This document shows positions 61,011-64,000 of a stretch of DNA of 64,000 nt, piece by piece. Numbering within the stretch: position 1 is the stretch's first letter; the number at the start of each line of letters is the position of its first letter. The DNA comes from Tricharina praecox (Eukaryota): the NCBI RefSeq assembly GCF_024521635.1, contig NW_026250403.1:434001-498000 (forward strand), read 5' to 3'. The notes under the pieces are model-generated. The model searched no databases and was not told where the DNA came from. It saw only the letters and a program-made list of their open reading frames with translations. The translations under genes were made by a program, and so were the position numbers.

Positions 61011-63238
61011 ATGGCTACGGCTTCCCCCCTCACCCAGGACGTGCGACCAAGCTTCCAACCCAAGATAGTCTCGCTGTACTCAGGCTTGTTTAAGGTACCC
61101 CCACGCACGCGTCGGATGACGACAAACATGGCTCATGGAGTAGTAGGACGAAGACGAGACGGAGAAGACCGAGGGGTTCTGGACAGAGTTCTTCCTGCTG
61201 CGACCACATGCGCCGGGATTAGTCGCTGAGATCGCGCCGCTGAGCCCCGACGATCTGCTACACCTGCAGCCGGTTACGAGACAGCTTTTTGAGAAGAGTG
61301 TGGCGACGTTTAAGGCTGGGAGAAGTCCACAGGATGAGATTGCGCTGGATGTGGGTGTTACTTTCCCCTTATGTGGACGGACGGAGGCAGGCAGGCTGAC
61401 GGAGGGTGTGGGAACAGACGTTACAGATCTTCCTTCGGGAGGTGCTGAAGAAACGGTTTACGAACTTCTCGTCGGATGTGATCAGCCTGCTCACGGGATT
61501 GTCGAACGTCGATGCGGTGTTTACCGACTTTGTCGCTGCGCTGGAAACACACATTAGGAATGGCAAGAGCGTGAGCATCCGGAGGAAGGCGATACAGGTT
61601 GCGCTCGGGATTGCGTGCGGCGCGTTTCAGACCGGACTGTTGAGCTACTTCACACATAGGGATTTGTTCCCTGCGCTCATGAAGGTATGGAGAAGGGAAT
61701 GAGGGCTGCTGTGGGAAGGCGATTGCTGATCAAACGTGGCCGGAGTGGATAGTTCATCAACGATGTCGACACCGCTGGGTTGACGTACGAACCGTTCCTA
61801 CTGCTCGGGATACTCGCCAACTACAATAAGTTCGAGTTCCAGAACCCGTACCAGCTACGGCTCGACGATTTTGTCAACGAGGCTACGATAAAACGGGTAA
61901 TCCATGAGATCGGGATGACCTGTATCCTGTGTCGGGCGGACTACGTGGCTATTCAAGATGACCTACCGGAAGGGTGGTCGCTGAACAGTATGCTATCGTA
62001 TGTCGGACTCACGATACTTGCTGGCGCTGGACCGAAGCCGAAGACACCTCCGCCGTCGGCGGCAAACGGCGATATCTCAAAACTGAACTTTGCGGAGCTT
62101 CCAAATGCAAGGGCTGCTATACTGCTTGCCACCTACGACTTCGTTAATGCGAATAAGCTGTTTTGCTTTAACTTCGTCAACTACCAGGAGGCCGACCCGA
62201 CAGGTAATGGCTCCTGCTTGTACCCACATATTAATCTGGGTGTCTTACTGATGTGACAAGCGACAACAGTTGAGCCTCCCATCTGCGCCTACTTCTCCCT
62301 GACATCATACCTTCTCCACCACGCACATCGGTCCAGCCGATCCTCCCTCTACGCGCGCCTAAACCTCCTCGTTCTACGGATATTCCTCGAAGACCAAGCT
62401 CTGTGCAAACGACTCGTCAGCGACGACACTAAGGGCTTCGTGCGGCTATGTCGACAGAAACCACCACATCTGCCCATCGTCCGTGGGAAAAGAATCCTTC
62501 TCACGGCTGTGCTTGATATGGTGGCAGATGGGATCAATCACAATCTGCGGAAGAAAATGGACGTCGATCTCTACGTTGCGCTCGTAGATGCGCTGGTACG
62601 GTCGGTATCGTTTTTGATACGGACACGCTACAGGCTGGGTGAGCTCTTATCACTCACTCCGCTCATCACATTGTTCCTGACTGACATCCCCAGCCTACCA
62701 CTGGTCCGAACTCTGGCGCTGTCTCCTCACGCTGATGCGCTTCATGGCCTCCTATGCGACCGATCTCAAAGATCTCCCCAACATTTCAACGCTCCTTGAC
62801 ATGGTGGTAAACCTCGTTGCCCTCTCCCTCTCCTCAGGCGATTCCTTCCTCCCAGGCGCCAGCGAATACGACGACCTATTCTACAAGCTCGTCGAAGCGG
62901 GCGACGTCCTCGTCAAGTTCCGTGACGCTTACGATCTCTCCAAGCGGCCCTCGAACTCTATTGCTACGCTGATCAAGGTATCGGAGCATTACTACCAACT
63001 CATCGAGCAAAAGAGCGGTCGCGGGAAGAATCTTACCCCCCAACAGGTCGCCGAGGTCATCAAGAGCGGCTATGATTCGCTCGCCATGGATGGCGGGAGT
63101 GAGAAGAGCTTGGATCGGTGGGAGAAGTATAGAGAGGCGGATGAGAGAGGGTTCCTCAAGAAGGTGGCTCGAATGGTCGTCGAGGATTTGAGGAGCATTG
63201 AGGTCGGCGATGAACCTGTCGTTGCGGGAGTTAGGTAG
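61011..63238 (+). CDS. DUF1741 / ARMH3 (C10orf76)-like armadillo-helical protein
   Basis: SFQPKIVSLYSGLF, FWTEFFLLRP, LANYNKFEFQNPYQLRL, RLCRQKPP, YHWSELWRCLL, YDDLFYKLVE; 5 introns. Confidence 0.82.
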
Positions 63239-64000
63239 TCTCTTCATCTATGCGTATCTGGCCACGCTGGAGGTGTGCAATTGATATTTAGCGTTCATGG
63301 CTTTCTCTTTTTGGAGTTGTTCCTGTTGCTTGCTGTTGATTTTGGGAGTTGCATTGGGGGAGTTGGGGCTGGGGCTGGGCTGGGCTGTAGCACTACATCC
63401 ACGGATTTCGTGCCAGGTGCTTGGGGAAGATCGGAGTAATATGTGAAGCCTGCTGGATGGATGAATGGCTTGAATAGTGTGCGAAATAGTAATAGAAAAC
63501 AGTTATCGAGATCTAGGCAGATACCTAGTGAATCTTACGGTTGTTGAGTCCATGGCATGATGACAGAGGAACAGCTGGACAACTCACATGTGCCTCCGTT
63601 TAGGCAGGCACATATCCAACCTGGGGATTGTCAATGGGAGCTGAAACCACTATGTATGCCAATTCTTTACAGCTGTTCATCGGGTCTCCACTTAATTCTG
63701 CGGCCTTGCTGGCCGACCCGGCGTTTCCGGGTCAATTGCAACCATCGAGAGGACATCCGCCGTGACACCAGCCCAGTGGGTAACCGCAATTGATCCTTCG
63801 CTATTCGGGGGCAGGGAGTCTTACAGGCACAATCCAGGTCGTGTCGTGATGTCATGGAAAATGGCTATATCAGAAACCTGCACACTTACCCCCGGCCTGT
63901 GGCCTTCGGAAAGTAAACACATTCGGTACCTTTGCCATGGTCGTTCGTTCCACATGGAACTGGCTCCGGATCTTCGGGCCATCTAGAGTTTGTACTCTAA

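Noticed and set aside
63300-64000. Short ORFs at the window end
   Set aside because: No recognisable motifs; probably 3' flank or promoter of a gene outside the window

Overview
Gene-dense eukaryotic genomic DNA from a filamentous ascomycete, inferred from short (about 50-65 nt) spliceosomal introns with CTRAC/CTRAT branch points and fungal-type proteins; a Pezizomycete-like origin is a guess. I traced 27 protein-coding genes, mostly spliced housekeeping genes: CSN3 (5'-partial), RFT1, an Srp1-like SR splicing factor, an FAD/Rieske oxidoreductase, a small HTH-like protein, UFE1, a PIG3-type quinone oxidoreductase, a Cys/His-rich orphan, two mitochondrial carriers, ATG7, ISU1, APS3, a tail-anchored orphan, RFC5, calcipressin, a Nudix hydrolase, ATE1, TRP2, MRPL33, MRP51, ARC35, RPB3, a 2H phosphoesterase, RPL44, SEC31 and a DUF1741 protein. 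I saw no rRNA, tRNA, CRISPR array or intact transposase. The strongest unusual signal is at RNA level. The first coding intron of ISU1 has no in-frame GT-AG solution and restores the conserved YHEKVLDHY motif only as an AT-AC intron (22899-22959) with U2-type signals, downstream of an iron-responsive GATA (SreA-type) element. Other candidates are three GC-AG introns, long hairpin-forming introns in ATE1 and RPL44, a possible unproductive splice site in the SR gene, a structured intergenic ncRNA at about 54300-54475, and an orphan ORF within a possible 2.3-kb inserted element. All gene models were traced by eye and are not backed by database searches or transcript data.
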